Shown here: one piece after another, positions 28,338 to 39,081 of the stretch
Layout: each line of letters opens with the position of its first letter
Numbering within the stretch: position 1 is the first letter of the stretch
NCBI GenBank assembly: GCA_963718895.1
Contig: CAVRAG010000008.1
Location: forward strand, 544,001-608,000
Length of the DNA: 64,000 nucleotides
Direction of reading: 5' to 3'
Source of the DNA: an uncultured Nitrososphaerota archaeon
GTDB lineage: Archaea; Thermoproteota; Nitrososphaeria; Nitrososphaerales; Gagatemarchaeaceae
Program-made: the position numbers and the translations under genes
The notes under the pieces: generated by a model
The model's input: the letters and a program-made list of their open reading frames with translations, nothing else
Told to the model about the DNA's origin: nothing
Database searches by the model: none

Positions 28338-29204
28338 ATGACAGGCATCTTCGAGTACATCGTCCTGATGCTCCTGGTCTCTGTCATCGCCGGCCTGATT
28401 GGATCGCTCGTCGGCGTCGGAGGAGGAATCCTGGTGGTCCCCGCCCTCACTCTGCTCTTCGGAGTGCCCATCCAGTACGCAATCGGGGCGAGCATCGTCT
28501 CTGTGATCGCCACCTCGAGCGGATCCGCCGCGGCGTACGTACGTGACCACATCACCAACCTTCGAATCGGGATGTTCCTCGAGATAGGTTCCACCACCGG
28601 TGCGATAGTAGGCGCCGTCGCCAGCATCGCGCTGGTCAGAAGCGGATATGCCTCGGTCGTCTTCCTAATCTTCGGGCTGATGCTGTTCTTGTCGGCCTAC
28701 AGCTCCTCCGTAAGGTTGCGGAGCGAGAAGAGGAAAGGCTCAGAGATAATCAACCAGAGGCCAAACAGGCTCTCTGCGACTCTGAAGCTCAGCGGCGACT
28801 ACTACGACGGTGCCACCAAGATGAGAGTCGGCTACATAGCAGACAGGGTGTTTCCGGCGTTTGGTGTGATGTTCCTCGCCGGGGTCCTCTCAGCGCTCCT
28901 CGGGGTCGGAGGAGGAGTCCTCAAGGTCGTCGGACTCGACTCCTTCATGAAGCTCCCGTTCAAGGTATCCACAACGACGAGCAACTTCATGATCGGCGTC
29001 ACCGCGGCCGCCAGCACGACAATTTACTACATCGGCGGGTACGTCAACCCGGTCCTTGCCGCGCCGGTCGCCATCGGGGTCCTCATCGGCGCATTCGCCG
29101 GTACCAAGGTTCTGGTCCGCACCAAGCCCGGAGCCCTCCGATGGCTCTTCGTGGCGGTGCTGATCGTGATAGCCATCGAGATGATACACGAGGGCCTGCC
29201 TTGA
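28338..29204 (+). CDS. TauE/SafE (TSUP) family permease
   Basis: GSLVGVGGG, SALLGVGGG, KVSTTTSNFMIGVTAAAS. Confidence 0.9.
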   Translation: MTGIFEYIVLMLLVSVIAGLIGSLVGVGGGILVVPALTLLFGVPIQYAIGASIVSVIATSSGSAAAYVRDHITNLRIGMFLEIGSTTGAIVGAVASIALVRSGYASVVFLIFGLMLFLSAYSSSVRLRSEKRKGSEIINQRPNRLSATLKLSGDYYDGATKMRVGYIADRVFPAFGVMFLAGVLSALLGVGGGVLKVVGLDSFMKLPFKVSTTTSNFMIGVTAAASTTIYYIGGYVNPVLAAPVAIGVLIGAFAGTKVLVRTKPGALRWLFVAVLIVIAIEMIHEGLP

Positions 29205-29614
29205 CTGCCAGCGCGAGCCGTCCCAAGGCGGACATGAACGTCGTGATCAGCGACGTGTTGAAGTATGGTGTGATGATCAGCGCGGTGCTGATCGGGCTCG
29301 GGGTCGCCATCCTCTTCCTGCACACGCCCCAGGCCCTCCCCAGTACAACGGGACAGCTGCTGGCCAACGACTACGGTAAGCCCACCCTCGACCTGTCACA
29401 ACTTCTCGGCGGGGTGGCCGGAGCGAACCCGATCTTCATAATCCAGCTCGGGTTGATCGTGCTTCTCGCAACCCCTGTCGCGAGAGTAGCCGCCTCGGTA
29501 CTCATGTTCGCGGCTGAGAAGGACAGGCTGTACGTGGCCATCACGCTCTTCGTACTCGTCGTCCTCCTCTTCGGGCTCTTCGTAGTCGGGCCGATCGAGG
29601 CTGCGGCCGCGTAG
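29201..29614 (+). CDS. DUF1634-like membrane protein
   Basis: IIQLGLIVLLATPVARV...EKDRLYVAIT; usual partner of TSUP genes. Confidence 0.8.
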   Translation: MTASASRPKADMNVVISDVLKYGVMISAVLIGLGVAILFLHTPQALPSTTGQLLANDYGKPTLDLSQLLGGVAGANPIFIIQLGLIVLLATPVARVAASVLMFAAEKDRLYVAITLFVLVVLLFGLFVVGPIEAAAA

Positions 29615-29641
29615 TTCAGGGAAACCCTGGGAAGGCTCTGC

Positions 29642-30113
29642 TCACCTTATGACCAGGACGGAGCAGTGTGCGTGGGAGACGACTCCGGTGGAGACGCTTC
29701 CGAGCAGGAGCTTCTTGAAGCCGCCCAGTCCTCGGGTCCCCATTACGATCAGATCCGCTTTCTCCCTCTCCGCGAACTCAACGATTGCGCCGACCGTGGA
29801 AGCGACAGGTTCGATTACCTCACCCCGGGCATCCACTCCGGCTTCCTTGGCAAGAACCAGCGCCGAGTCGATCGCGCGTCTTAGCCTCGGTTGTTCCGAG
29901 CTTGTAGTACTCGGTCAGGTCAGCCGGCGCGCCTGCCGGGCCGCTGAAAGAAAATCCAGGTGAGGCGACGACGCTTAGAACGACGACCTTTGCGTTGTAC
30001 GCGCGGGCAAGCTCGAATGCGATCTTGGCGGACCTCTCCGCCGACTTGGAACCGTCCACGGGCACTAATATCAAACGCGTCGTGATACCCTCGTTCGCCT
30101 TGGTTGCTTGCAT
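29642..30113 (-). CDS. uspA: Universal stress protein (frameshifted)
   Basis: ILVPVDGSKSA ... ADLIVMGTRGLGGFKKLLLGSVS...HAHCSVLVIR. Confidence 0.9.
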
Positions 30114-30166
30114 CCCAAACACCGTGCACCGCCGCCGGCCTGACGTATTTAAGGGAAGAAGGCGAA

Positions 30167-30415
30167 GGCTCTGTCAAGTCTTCGTTGGGTAAGGGTGGGC
30201 GCTTGAGTATGCTCTCAGCATGTTGTATCCGAGCAGTGAGGACGGGTCCCGGGCGAATCCGTCTGACCCATTGGCAAGATGGGCGGTTGAGGTTCGACCG
30301 TTCATTGAAAACAAGGCGGGGCAGGTGAAGGGGAACCCGACGCGGACCGTAATCCTCAGAGTCGATGCCCCGAAGCCAAGTCTTTTTGGTTACCCGACAA
30401 AGACTTGACAGAACC
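30167..30415 (+). mobile_element. 249-bp MITE with IS6-like TIRs containing only the omegaRNA-like region
   Basis: 26-bp TIRs (23/26): GGCTCTGTCAAGTCTTCGTTGGGTAA / reverse complement GGTTCTGTCAAGTCTTTGTCGGGTAA. Flanks AAGGCGAA / AAGGCGAG (7/8). Interior homologous to the tnpB 3' end at 1239-1385. Confidence 0.85.
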
Positions 30416-30524
30416 AAGGCGAGGATAGGAAAGCGCACTGCGGCAATGCGGGCTGTTCCATGGAGCGGTGACGGGGCGGCGTGTGAGCCTAACTTAAATA
30501 GAAGCGCCGCTGTCTCCCTTCAAT

Positions 30525-30788
30525 ATGAAGACCAGCCCCTTCGTCGGCACAAGTCAGCTCCAGCAGCTTGCAGTTTCAAGGTCGCTCGACGCGCCTGGCA
30601 TGAAGAAGAGGGTGGCTGAAGCGACCAGGCCTTTGGCTGTCAACATCTCTCTGGTCCAACCGGTCACCGAGACGAGCACAAAGCAGACGAGCTCCACCGC
30701 TCTGGATCAATCAAAGACTCTCGAGCAGGCCAATGCAGCCTCGCCGAAGGTGGGCTTCGGGCTTTCCAGCCAGTTTCTCGAGCTCTGA
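30525..30788 (+). CDS. Small hypothetical protein
   Basis: ATG about 25-30 bp downstream of TTAAATA; low-complexity S/T/Q-rich; no family recognised. Confidence 0.35.
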   Translation: MKTSPFVGTSQLQQLAVSRSLDAPGMKKRVAEATRPLAVNISLVQPVTETSTKQTSSTALDQSKTLEQANAASPKVGFGLSSQFLEL

Positions 30789-30886
30789 GACAGCAACCTC
30801 CCACGTCCTCCGGGAAGACCTTCAGGGTCGGCCATGTTGGGTCGATTATGGATTCCGTCGTCTGCTGGATTGCGTTATTGCCCGAA

Positions 30887-32387
30887 TCAGGATGAACTCT
30901 GCCGAGCAGAGGTCTCCGGCGATTGGGGCTGCAGGTGCCTGCTCAGGTTCATGGACTTTAGGGTGAAGATGCCGAAACCAGCCAGGGTGAGCGACAGGAA
31001 CCAGACCCCATCAAAGAGTACCTTCACGGCCAGAAGTATGGCCGCGACGGCCAGGATGATCTCCACAATGGCGTTCTTGTCGTTGGTGAGGTGGTGGAAG
31101 TACGACATCTTCGTCGCCTCGCCGGATCCGCCATGGGGCGTCCTGTACGGAAAGAATCCCGTCCTGTCGAAGATTCCGTAGAAGAAGGCGACGGACCCGA
31201 GGCTCAGCATCGCCCCCGTTGCGTACCCGAGGAGCGGGATCAGCACTACGTTGCGGACGGTCATGAGGCCCTGCACCCACAGGGCCCAGATCCCGGAGGC
31301 CATCGATATGGCGAAGGGGACGGCGACGAAGCCTATGTAGAACGGGTTGTTGAATATCGAGTCAGCCGGCTGGATCGATCCCCGCCACGACCGCCGATGC
31401 GGACAGGAAGGTGACAAGGATCCAGCTGAAGCCGGAGAAGGGACCCAACAGCATCAGCAGCAACCCCGCCTTCGTCCTGAGGCTGACGTTTGGGGCTATG
31501 ATGATGCTCCTCCAGTACTTCGCGATGCACCTCCACCATCCCTGCGAGGTCCTCGCGACCTGCTTCTTCCATGCCTCGAGGGTAGAAGGGTCCTCGCTCA
31601 TCACCTTGACGCTGCTGAGGTAGATTCCGCGCTTTCCAGCGAGGTACATCTTGATCGAGACGTCCCCGTCGTCGGCTATCCTCTCGTTGGACCACTGACC
31701 GACTCCTCTGAGATCCTTCGCCCTGACGAGGGCCAGCCCGCCCTGGAAGGAGAACGGGGCATCGATGCGGTAGGCCCCCATCTTCGACAGCGTATCCCCG
31801 ATGTCTTGGTACAGCGCGAAGAGGCGGGTTATCAGGTTGTAGTTGCGGTTGTAGTGCCCATACCGGAATGAGACGAAGGATGAGCGCGGATGGCTCTCCA
31901 TGGCGTCGATTCCCTTGGTCAGGACGTCGGGCGGGACGATCGAGTCGGCGTCGAGAAGCAGCACGAAGTCGCCGTCGACCTGGTCCATGGCCTTGTTCAG
32001 GGCACCGCACTTGTAGTGCTCCCTGCTAGGCCGCCTCGACACGACAGTCCTTATTCCGAAGTCGTTGAGGTCCCTAACCTTCTCGTCGACGATCTTCACC
32101 GTCTGGTCGTTGGAATCGTCGGCTATCACGACCTGCAGCATCTCCTTGGGATAGTCGATATGCTTCAGCGCCTCCAGCGAGCGCTCGATCACGTATCTCT
32201 CGTTGTAGGAAGCTATCAGCACAGACACCATCGGGTGGCTCTTCAGCAGGACCGTCCGGCTCTCAAGATCCCTCGGATACCTGGTCGAGGTCCCGAGAAG
32301 GACCAGCCAGTAGTACTCGAGGCCGAGAACGGGGACCGTTATGGCCAAGGTGACGATTTCGATGAGGAACCAGACTTGTACTACCAA
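30887..32387 (-). CDS. Processive GT2 membrane glycosyltransferase (frameshift ~31370)
   Basis: ASYNE, ADDSND, KCGALN, LDADS, ADD, QVART in place of QxxRW; C-terminal TM helices. Confidence 0.85.
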
Positions 32388-32689
32388 TTATCTGAAACCC
32401 TAGCCGACGCAATGCCACCGTTTCGACTTGTTATGTAAGCCTTTGGATAGTTTTCCGTCGATATTACGTCGTTTTCACCCGTTTGCGGGGATCGGCCCGT
32501 CGGGTTGAGACGTCACTCGCTAGTCCAGATTCAATCCGCCCGTTGGCAGGCCATCTTCGGCCCCCCTTGTCCAGGTTCAGAAAAGGCGAGGTCGGAACCG
32601 AACTGATGACCCAACCCAACAGAGATATAGCCATTCCAGGCGCGGACTGAGAGGAACAGGCGGCCTTCCAAACCGGTAGAGAATAGAAA

Positions 32690-33868
32690 ATGGTCTTGCG
32701 CAGAGTTTACTTCGCCGTCTTCGGCTCCGGGCTCGGCCATGCAAGCCGAATCGTGGAGATAGCACAACGTCTTAGAAGGGGCGGTGACGAGTTCCGCTAT
32801 TCGTGCTCCGGACAGGCGCTGGACTACATCGCGACGCAGGCCCAGGGGGGGACCTTGGTGAAGAGCCCATCCCTGGACGTCGAATGGACGGAAGAGGGGA
32901 GCTTCGCCTCCAAGGATTTCATCCCTCGTTTCCCTTACATGTTCAGCGCCTTCCTGAGGCAGGTCGCGTTCGAACGCGAGAGCATAGCCAAATTCAACCC
33001 CAAGGTGGTCGTCTCGGACTCCAGGCTCTCGCCCATCCTGGCTTCAAGGGCCAAGTCCTATCCGGTCATCACCATGCTGAACCAGTTCAAGGTCAGTTTC
33101 CCGCCAAGGTTCAGCGGGAAGGGCGTGGGGCGGATATACGAGCGGTTCGCCGGCGACGTCCTTGGGCTCCTCTGGTCTCTCAGCGACGAGATACTGATGA
33201 CCGACCTCCCGCCCCCTTACACGATCGGAGAGGCCAACCTTGCCGGGACGGACGTCTCGAACATCGTGAGATATGTCGGATTCACTTCGCCGGAGGCCAG
33301 GCCCAGCGAGGAGAGCGTCCAGAGGGCCAAGAGGGCGCTCGACATTGACGACAGACCCCTCGCGTTCTTCCAAATCAGCGGACCAGACGTCACCAAGAGG
33401 ACGTTCGTCGACACCGTCATCCAAGCCACGGATGCGCTCGCGAAGAGCTACAACATGGTCATCTCGATGGGGCACCCGAACGGTTCCGGGAAGCCAAAGA
33501 AGCTCGCGAACGGGGCCTGGATCTACGACTGGTGCCCCATCAAGGACGAGCTCTTCTCTCTATCGAGCCTGGTGGTCGCTAGGGCGGGTCACAGGACGAT
33601 AGGGCAGTGCATCGACGCCGGGAAGCCCGCGGTCCTCGTCCCCATTCACAACCACTCCGAGCAGATAGGAAACGCGAACAAGTTCAGCAAGCTGGGGCTC
33701 GGGATAGACATCAGGTCCGAGAAGCTGACCGCCCAGAATCTCACGGAGTCGGTAGAGACCTGTCTCGGCGACCCCAGATACAGGGACAGCGTCGAGAGGC
33801 TTCGGGCCATTTCCAAGAAGTATAACGGAATCCAACGATGCTCCGAGATAATCGAATCGTACACCTGA
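32690..33868 (+). CDS. GT-B glycosyltransferase (GT28/MJ1255-like)
   Basis: GSGLGHASR, VVSDSR, ARAGHRTI, HSEQIGNA. Confidence 0.85.
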   Translation: MVLRRVYFAVFGSGLGHASRIVEIAQRLRRGGDEFRYSCSGQALDYIATQAQGGTLVKSPSLDVEWTEEGSFASKDFIPRFPYMFSAFLRQVAFERESIAKFNPKVVVSDSRLSPILASRAKSYPVITMLNQFKVSFPPRFSGKGVGRIYERFAGDVLGLLWSLSDEILMTDLPPPYTIGEANLAGTDVSNIVRYVGFTSPEARPSEESVQRAKRALDIDDRPLAFFQISGPDVTKRTFVDTVIQATDALAKSYNMVISMGHPNGSGKPKKLANGAWIYDWCPIKDELFSLSSLVVARAGHRTIGQCIDAGKPAVLVPIHNHSEQIGNANKFSKLGLGIDIRSEKLTAQNLTESVETCLGDPRYRDSVERLRAISKKYNGIQRCSEIIESYT

Positions 33869-33908
33869 CGTGGCGCGGGGCTCGCTCCTCGGCACTCGGG
33901 GCACAGGC

Positions 33909-34889
33909 TCAGATGTTGTAGATTACCTTGCTGCCCTGGAAGTCGAACCTGAACCGGTATTCGACCAGGCCCTCCTTCTCGAGCGCGGCCTTGACCTTGC
34001 GCCTCCCTTCTTCGCAGTAGAGCATCAAGAAACCGCCGCCGCCTGCACCGACGACCTTCCCGCCGAGTGCGCCGTTCTTCAGTGCGATGGAGTACCAAGA
34101 GTCTATGCTATGGTTCGTAATGCTGTCCGCGACACCCCGCTTGACGGTCCAGTGCTCGTGGAGCAACTCACCGAACCTCCTCAGATCTCCCTTCTCGAGG
34201 CTCTTCTTGCTCTCGAGCCCTATCGACTTGATTCGGTGCATCTTCTCGACCGCGTCGTCGTCCTCTGTGACCCTCTTCTGCTGCTTGCCGAGGATCTCGC
34301 TGGCGCTCCTCTTGATCCCCGTGTAGAACATCATGATCCCGTACTCGAGCTCCGAGAGCGTGTCTTCGGCTATCTTGAGTTCCTTGGCGGTCACCTTCCC
34401 CCGTCTGTCTATCTCGTACGCCCTCAACCCACCCAGGCTCGCCGCATACTCGTCCTGCTTCCCCGACGGCTCGTGGAGCCTGTTCTGGGCGATGTCGCAG
34501 GCGGCTTCTGCCACCTGCCCGGGCGTCTTGACGATCCTCTGGTGAGCATAGAGGGCATTGAGGAGCCCGACCGTGAAGCTCCCGGAGGAGCCGAGTCCGG
34601 TGGCCGCCGGGACGTCCGCCAGGGAGACGATCTCGATCCTGTCCTTGAAGTTGAGAAGCTTCAGGGCCTCCCTCACCAGGGGGTGGCGGATAGACAGCGG
34701 AGAATCGACGATCTCCGTCTGCGAGTAGCTGACCCTGATCCCGGGCTCGAACCGGTCGTTGACAACGATGTGCATGTACTTGTCGACAGCTCCGGAGATG
34801 AAGAAGCCACCATACTTTGAGTAGTAGAAGGGAAGGTCAGTCCCGCCACCTCCGAGCGGCAATCTGAACGGCGTCCTCGAGACAATCAT
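33909..34889 (-). CDS. hddA: GHMP sugar kinase (heptose-7-phosphate kinase HddA-like)
   Basis: TPFRLPLGGGGTD, PAATGLGSSG, GKQDEY, GKVVGAGGGGF. Confidence 0.85.
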   Translation of the reverse strand: MIVSRTPFRLPLGGGGTDLPFYYSKYGGFFISGAVDKYMHIVVNDRFEPGIRVSYSQTEIVDSPLSIRHPLVREALKLLNFKDRIEIVSLADVPAATGLGSSGSFTVGLLNALYAHQRIVKTPGQVAEAACDIAQNRLHEPSGKQDEYAASLGGLRAYEIDRRGKVTAKELKIAEDTLSELEYGIMMFYTGIKRSASEILGKQQKRVTEDDDAVEKMHRIKSIGLESKKSLEKGDLRRFGELLHEHWTVKRGVADSITNHSIDSWYSIALKNGALGGKVVGAGGGGFLMLYCEEGRRKVKAALEKEGLVEYRFRFDFQGSKVIYNI

Positions 34890-35034
34890 TGGCTACCCGT
34901 TGGGCCCCTGTCTGGGCGCATTTATGCCTAGGACCTAGTCCGCAGCCGCCGGCAAGAGGCACGAAAGAAGGGTCGACTGTCACCGAGCCCAACGGACAAA
35001 GCTAATTAACGAAGCGACGGGCGGCGAAAAGGAC

Positions 35035-35652
35035 TTGTCGCGCACGCACGAGTACCTAGACGAAGTCTCGGAGATAGTCGGGAAGCTGGACAGGCGCTCC
35101 ATCGACAAAGCGATCGCGATACTCTACGGGGCCTGGAAGAACGACCGTCAGGTGTTCACCATCGGCAACGGCGGGAGTGCTTCGACAAGCACTCACTTCG
35201 CCTGCGACCTCAACAAGTGGGTCTCCGACGAGGCGGGGAGGAAGTTCAGGGCGTTCTCCCTCGTCGACAACATCCCCCTGATGAGCGCGCTGACCAACGA
35301 CAACGGGTGGAGCGACGTCTACTACGAACAGCTGAGGAACTTCTTCCGGAAGGGTGACGTCCTCGTCGCAATCAGCGTCCACGGAGGCTCGGGCAGCGAC
35401 AAAGCGGGCCCGTGGTCCCAGAACCTCCTCAAGGCCGTGAAGTACGCAAAGGAGAGCGGCGGGAAGGTCATCGGACTCTCCGGGTTCGACGGAGGCGTCC
35501 TGAAGACCGCCTCGGACGCGTGCGTGGTCGTCCCGGCAGACTCCACCCCCCACGTCGAAGGGATGCATCTTGTTCTCACGCATCTGATGTGCGAGCAGCT
35601 GAGAGAGAAGATCTCGGTTCGGGGCAAGAAGCGCGAGAAGGGAAGCTACTGA
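35035..35652 (+). CDS. gmhA: Phosphoheptose isomerase (SIS domain)
   Basis: IGNGGSASTSTHFACD, SALTND, GFDGG, VEGMH. Confidence 0.85.
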   Translation: MSRTHEYLDEVSEIVGKLDRRSIDKAIAILYGAWKNDRQVFTIGNGGSASTSTHFACDLNKWVSDEAGRKFRAFSLVDNIPLMSALTNDNGWSDVYYEQLRNFFRKGDVLVAISVHGGSGSDKAGPWSQNLLKAVKYAKESGGKVIGLSGFDGGVLKTASDACVVVPADSTPHVEGMHLVLTHLMCEQLREKISVRGKKREKGSY

Positions 35653-35768
35653 GGAGCGGTCGTCCCCTTGCAGGCTGAACGGCCGGGGGCCGCAATCCCG
35701 TCATAGGTCCGACCAAGGTCAGCAATTCTTATAGTCCTTCTCCCACCCCCGATGACAAGTGTAGACGG

Positions 35769-36446
35769 TTGGTACAGATATTTCTCGATACCGCGTCCCT
35801 GGCAGAGATTGAGGAGTTCGTGCGATGGGGGATTGCCGACGGAGTCACCACGAACCAGAAGATCTTCCTCTCCGAGGGGGGCGTGGACTTCAAGAGGCGG
35901 GTCCTGGATATCTGCGGCCTCGTCAACGGCCCCGTCAGCGTGGAGACGACCAAGAACACGGTTCCCGAGCTGATAGAGGAGGGCAAGGAATACGCTTCCT
36001 GGCACGGGAACGTCGTCGTGAAGGTGGCGATGTTCGGGGACGGGAGAGGCCTCCATGTAGTGAACCAGCTGGCAAGGTCAGGCATCAAGACCAACATGAC
36101 CGTCATGATGACCTTCAACCAGCTGATCCTCGCCGCCAAAGCAGGCGCGACCTACGTCTCCCTCTTCTACAACCGATCGAAGGAGGCCGGACAGGACCCA
36201 GTGCAGATAATCAGGGACTACGCGGCGACTTCCAAGGAGCAGAACATCCCGGCGAGGCTGATAGTGGGCAGCATCAGGACCCCGGAGGACGTCGCGACCG
36301 CCATCGCGGCGGGCGCCCACGTGATGACCATCCCCTCGAAGGTCCTGAGACAGATGCCCTTCAACAAGAGGAGCGAGGAGACCGTCGCAGAGTTCGACAA
36401 GGCCTGGCAAGAGTTTCTCGCCGCCAATGCAAAGAAACCAGCCTAG
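35769..36446 (+). CDS. tal: Transaldolase / fructose-6-phosphate aldolase family
   Basis: FLDTA, GVTTN, GPVSVE, NVVVKV, AGATYVS, GSIR. Confidence 0.9.
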   Translation: MVQIFLDTASLAEIEEFVRWGIADGVTTNQKIFLSEGGVDFKRRVLDICGLVNGPVSVETTKNTVPELIEEGKEYASWHGNVVVKVAMFGDGRGLHVVNQLARSGIKTNMTVMMTFNQLILAAKAGATYVSLFYNRSKEAGQDPVQIIRDYAATSKEQNIPARLIVGSIRTPEDVATAIAAGAHVMTIPSKVLRQMPFNKRSEETVAEFDKAWQEFLAANAKKPA

Positions 36447-36509
36447 GGACCGGATCTCCACTTTCGAAGAGTTCAGTTATTAAACAGGACAGGAGGAAGG
36501 CCCGTTTCG

Positions 36510-37490
36510 ATGAGAAGAGCCCTGGTCACCGGCGGCCTGGGGTTCATCGGGAGCCACCTCGTCGACAGGCTGCTCAGAGACGGTTGGGAGGCGGTCGTCC
36601 TCGACAACCTCCTTACCGGAAACCGTAGCAACCTGGAGCAACACAGGGATGACCCGAGGCTACGAATCATAGAGGGGGACATCCGGGACCTCCAAACGGT
36701 CATCGAGGCTTCGAGAGGGTGTGACGCCGTCTTCCACCTGGCTGCGCACGCCCTGATGCGCGTCAGCCTCGGCGATCACAGAGCCGACCTCAACTACAAC
36801 GTCATCGGGACGCTGAACGTCCTTGAGGGCATGTCCGCGAACAGGATACCAGACCTCGTCTTCGCCTCCACGTCGGCGCTCTATGGGGAAGCGGAGGTTG
36901 TGCCGACGCCGGAGGAGTACTCGGGGATCCAGACGTCACTCTACGGCGCTGCGAAGCTCGCCGGCGAGGCGTACGCCTCGGCCTTCGTTCAATTCACACC
37001 GATGAAGTTCTGGGCCTTCAGGTTCGGGACGGTTCTGGGCGAGAGGTGCAGGAGAGGCGCCATCTGGGACTTTGAGCACAAGCTACAGAAGGATCCCTCG
37101 GAGCTCGAGATACTGGGGGACGGCAGGCAGAGCAAGGACTACCTCTCTGTCAGTGACTGCGTCGACGGCATCATGGTGGGGTACGAGAGGAGTTCGAGAC
37201 CCGTCAACATCTTCAATCTCGGTCTTCAGGAGCAGACGACGGTCGACGAGCTGGCGGACATCGTGATCCAGGAGATGGGGCTCCAGAACGTAAGGAAGAG
37301 ATACACGGGAGGGCCCCGGGGGTGGGTCGGGGACAACCCGGTGGTCTACCTCTCGATCAAGAAGATTCACGACTTGGGTTGGAGGCCGAAGTCCTCACCA
37401 AGGGACGTCATAAGACAGACCGCGAGATGGACCCTCAGGGAGATAGGCGGAGCGAAAGGGGGACTCCAGCCCCGATCAGGTCGGTTGATC
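36510..37490 (+). CDS. NAD-dependent NDP-sugar epimerase/dehydratase (first unit)
   Basis: VTGGLGFIGSH, YGAAK, GDGRQSKDY; read in frame with the next unit in this assembly. Confidence 0.85.
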
Positions 37491-37493
37491 GGC

Positions 37494-38474
37494 ATGACCA
37501 AAGTCGCAGTGACCGGAGGTGCGGGGTTCCTCGGGTCCAACCTCGTGAAGCGCCTCCTCGACGACGGCCACGATGTCTCCGTGGTCGACAACCTATCTTC
37601 CGGGTCCCTGGAGAACCTCAGGGGGCTCGGCATCGACCAAGAGTGCACTGTCGGTGACCTCAAGGACCATGGATTTGCACGCGACTCGCTTCGGGGAGCC
37701 GAGGCGGTCTTTCACCTGGCTGCGGAGGTCGGCAGCGTGGCGTATCTCCACGGGTCGGACGCCCGGGAGTTGGCAGCGCTGCAGGCCAACCTGGTGATCG
37801 ACACAAACGTCTTCCGGGCTTGCTTGGAGAACGGGGTCCGCAGCGTGGTGTACGCTTCCAGCGTCTCGGTCTACCCCTTCGACCAGCAGCTGGGCTCTCA
37901 CGTCCGGTTCAAAGAGGAGGACTCGGAGACGCACCTGAACCCCGAGGGAGGGTACGGGTGGTCGAAGTACATGGGGGAGAAGCAGCTCTCGCTGATGCGG
38001 GAGACCTCTGTCGGCGTGGCGAGGATCTTCCATGCGTACGGACAGAACTTGTACCTCAGGCCGGACCGGAGCCAGGTCATCGCCTCACTGATGAGGAAGG
38101 CCATAAGGTATCCAAAGGAAGGGTTCGTGGTCTGGGGCGACGGTAGCCAGAGGAGGTGCTTCGTCTACGTGGTCGACGCGGTCGACGCTCTCGCGAGGTT
38201 GCTGGATAGAGCCGAAAAGGGCGAGAGCCTCACCGTCAACGTGGGCTCAACGGAGGAGGTCACCGTCCGCGAGCTCGCAGACATGGTTATCTCCAGGTCC
38301 GGGAAGAGAATCCCCCTCAGCTTCGACAAATCAAAGCCCACGGGCGCCCTTAACAGGACTCCCGACCTGAGCAGGGCGAAGAGGGTCCTCGGTTGGGCGC
38401 CGACAACGACTCTCTCGGAGGGCCTGAGCAGCACGTACACGTGGGCGGAGAAGAGGCTCGCCGAGGATCGCTGA
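37494..38474 (+). CDS. NAD-dependent NDP-sugar epimerase (second unit, GDP-mannose 3,5-epimerase-like)
   Basis: Own ATG at 37494; VTGGAGFLGSN, PEGGYGWSK, WGDGSQRR. Confidence 0.82.
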   Translation: MTKVAVTGGAGFLGSNLVKRLLDDGHDVSVVDNLSSGSLENLRGLGIDQECTVGDLKDHGFARDSLRGAEAVFHLAAEVGSVAYLHGSDARELAALQANLVIDTNVFRACLENGVRSVVYASSVSVYPFDQQLGSHVRFKEEDSETHLNPEGGYGWSKYMGEKQLSLMRETSVGVARIFHAYGQNLYLRPDRSQVIASLMRKAIRYPKEGFVVWGDGSQRRCFVYVVDAVDALARLLDRAEKGESLTVNVGSTEEVTVRELADMVISRSGKRIPLSFDKSKPTGALNRTPDLSRAKRVLGWAPTTTLSEGLSSTYTWAEKRLAEDR

Positions 38475-38589
38475 AGACGGGGCGAAGGGCCGCGCAGGGT
38501 GCTTGCTCGCGCCCAGGAGCGACGAGACGGTCATCCCCCGGAGCCTGCAACCCCACAGGAGATCCGAATCTAGGCTCCCACCTAGGTCG

Positions 38590-39081
38590 ATGCTAAATAG
38601 AGAGTCGTCGGAAAGCACGAGGGAATCGCCTACGCGCCTCACCACGACGTTCCATCGAAAGCTGAACGCGCCCAGGAGAACGGTGTTCCGGTTGATAACC
38701 GACTACGAGAAACTTCAGGAGACGTTCCCGCAGATCTTCCTCTCGTTCAGGGTCCTGGAGAGGTCGAGGGGCGAGGTGGTCACTGAGGAGAAGGTCTTCA
38801 TGGTCGGGGTGACGATGACGCAACTATGCAGGCACATGACCAAGTCGCAGACGACCCACATTGTCCGGATAATGACCGGTGACCTAGCAGGAAGCACGAT
38901 TGTAGAGCGTTACTCCTCGGATTCAGACGGCGGGACGACCGTCCACGTCGAGGCCGATTTCGTGCTGGGCGGGTTGCTGTCATTGCTTCCAACGTTCGTC
39001 GCCCGGCCACTCATCGAAAACAACGTGGGACGAGTCTTCGACGAATTGGACGCCGTGCTAGGAACTGGCGCTAGAGCGTGA
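38590..39081 (+). CDS. SRPBCC/START (polyketide cyclase-like) protein; start uncertain
   Basis: APRRTVFRLITDYEKLQETFP ... GGTTVHVEADF ... C-terminal helix. Confidence 0.7.
   Translation: MLNRESSESTRESPTRLTTTFHRKLNAPRRTVFRLITDYEKLQETFPQIFLSFRVLERSRGEVVTEEKVFMVGVTMTQLCRHMTKSQTTHIVRIMTGDLAGSTIVERYSSDSDGGTTVHVEADFVLGGLLSLLPTFVARPLIENNVGRVFDELDAVLGTGARA

Noticed and set aside
32583-32591. Possible in-window target of the MITE guide (AAGGCGAGG)
   Set aside because: Only 9 nt match, which is expected by chance in GC-rich DNA.
36510-38474. 654-aa double epimerase as a genuine fusion
   Set aside because: The second unit has its own ATG at 37494, preceded by an out-of-frame TGA and G/C homopolymers; a single indel would separate the genes.
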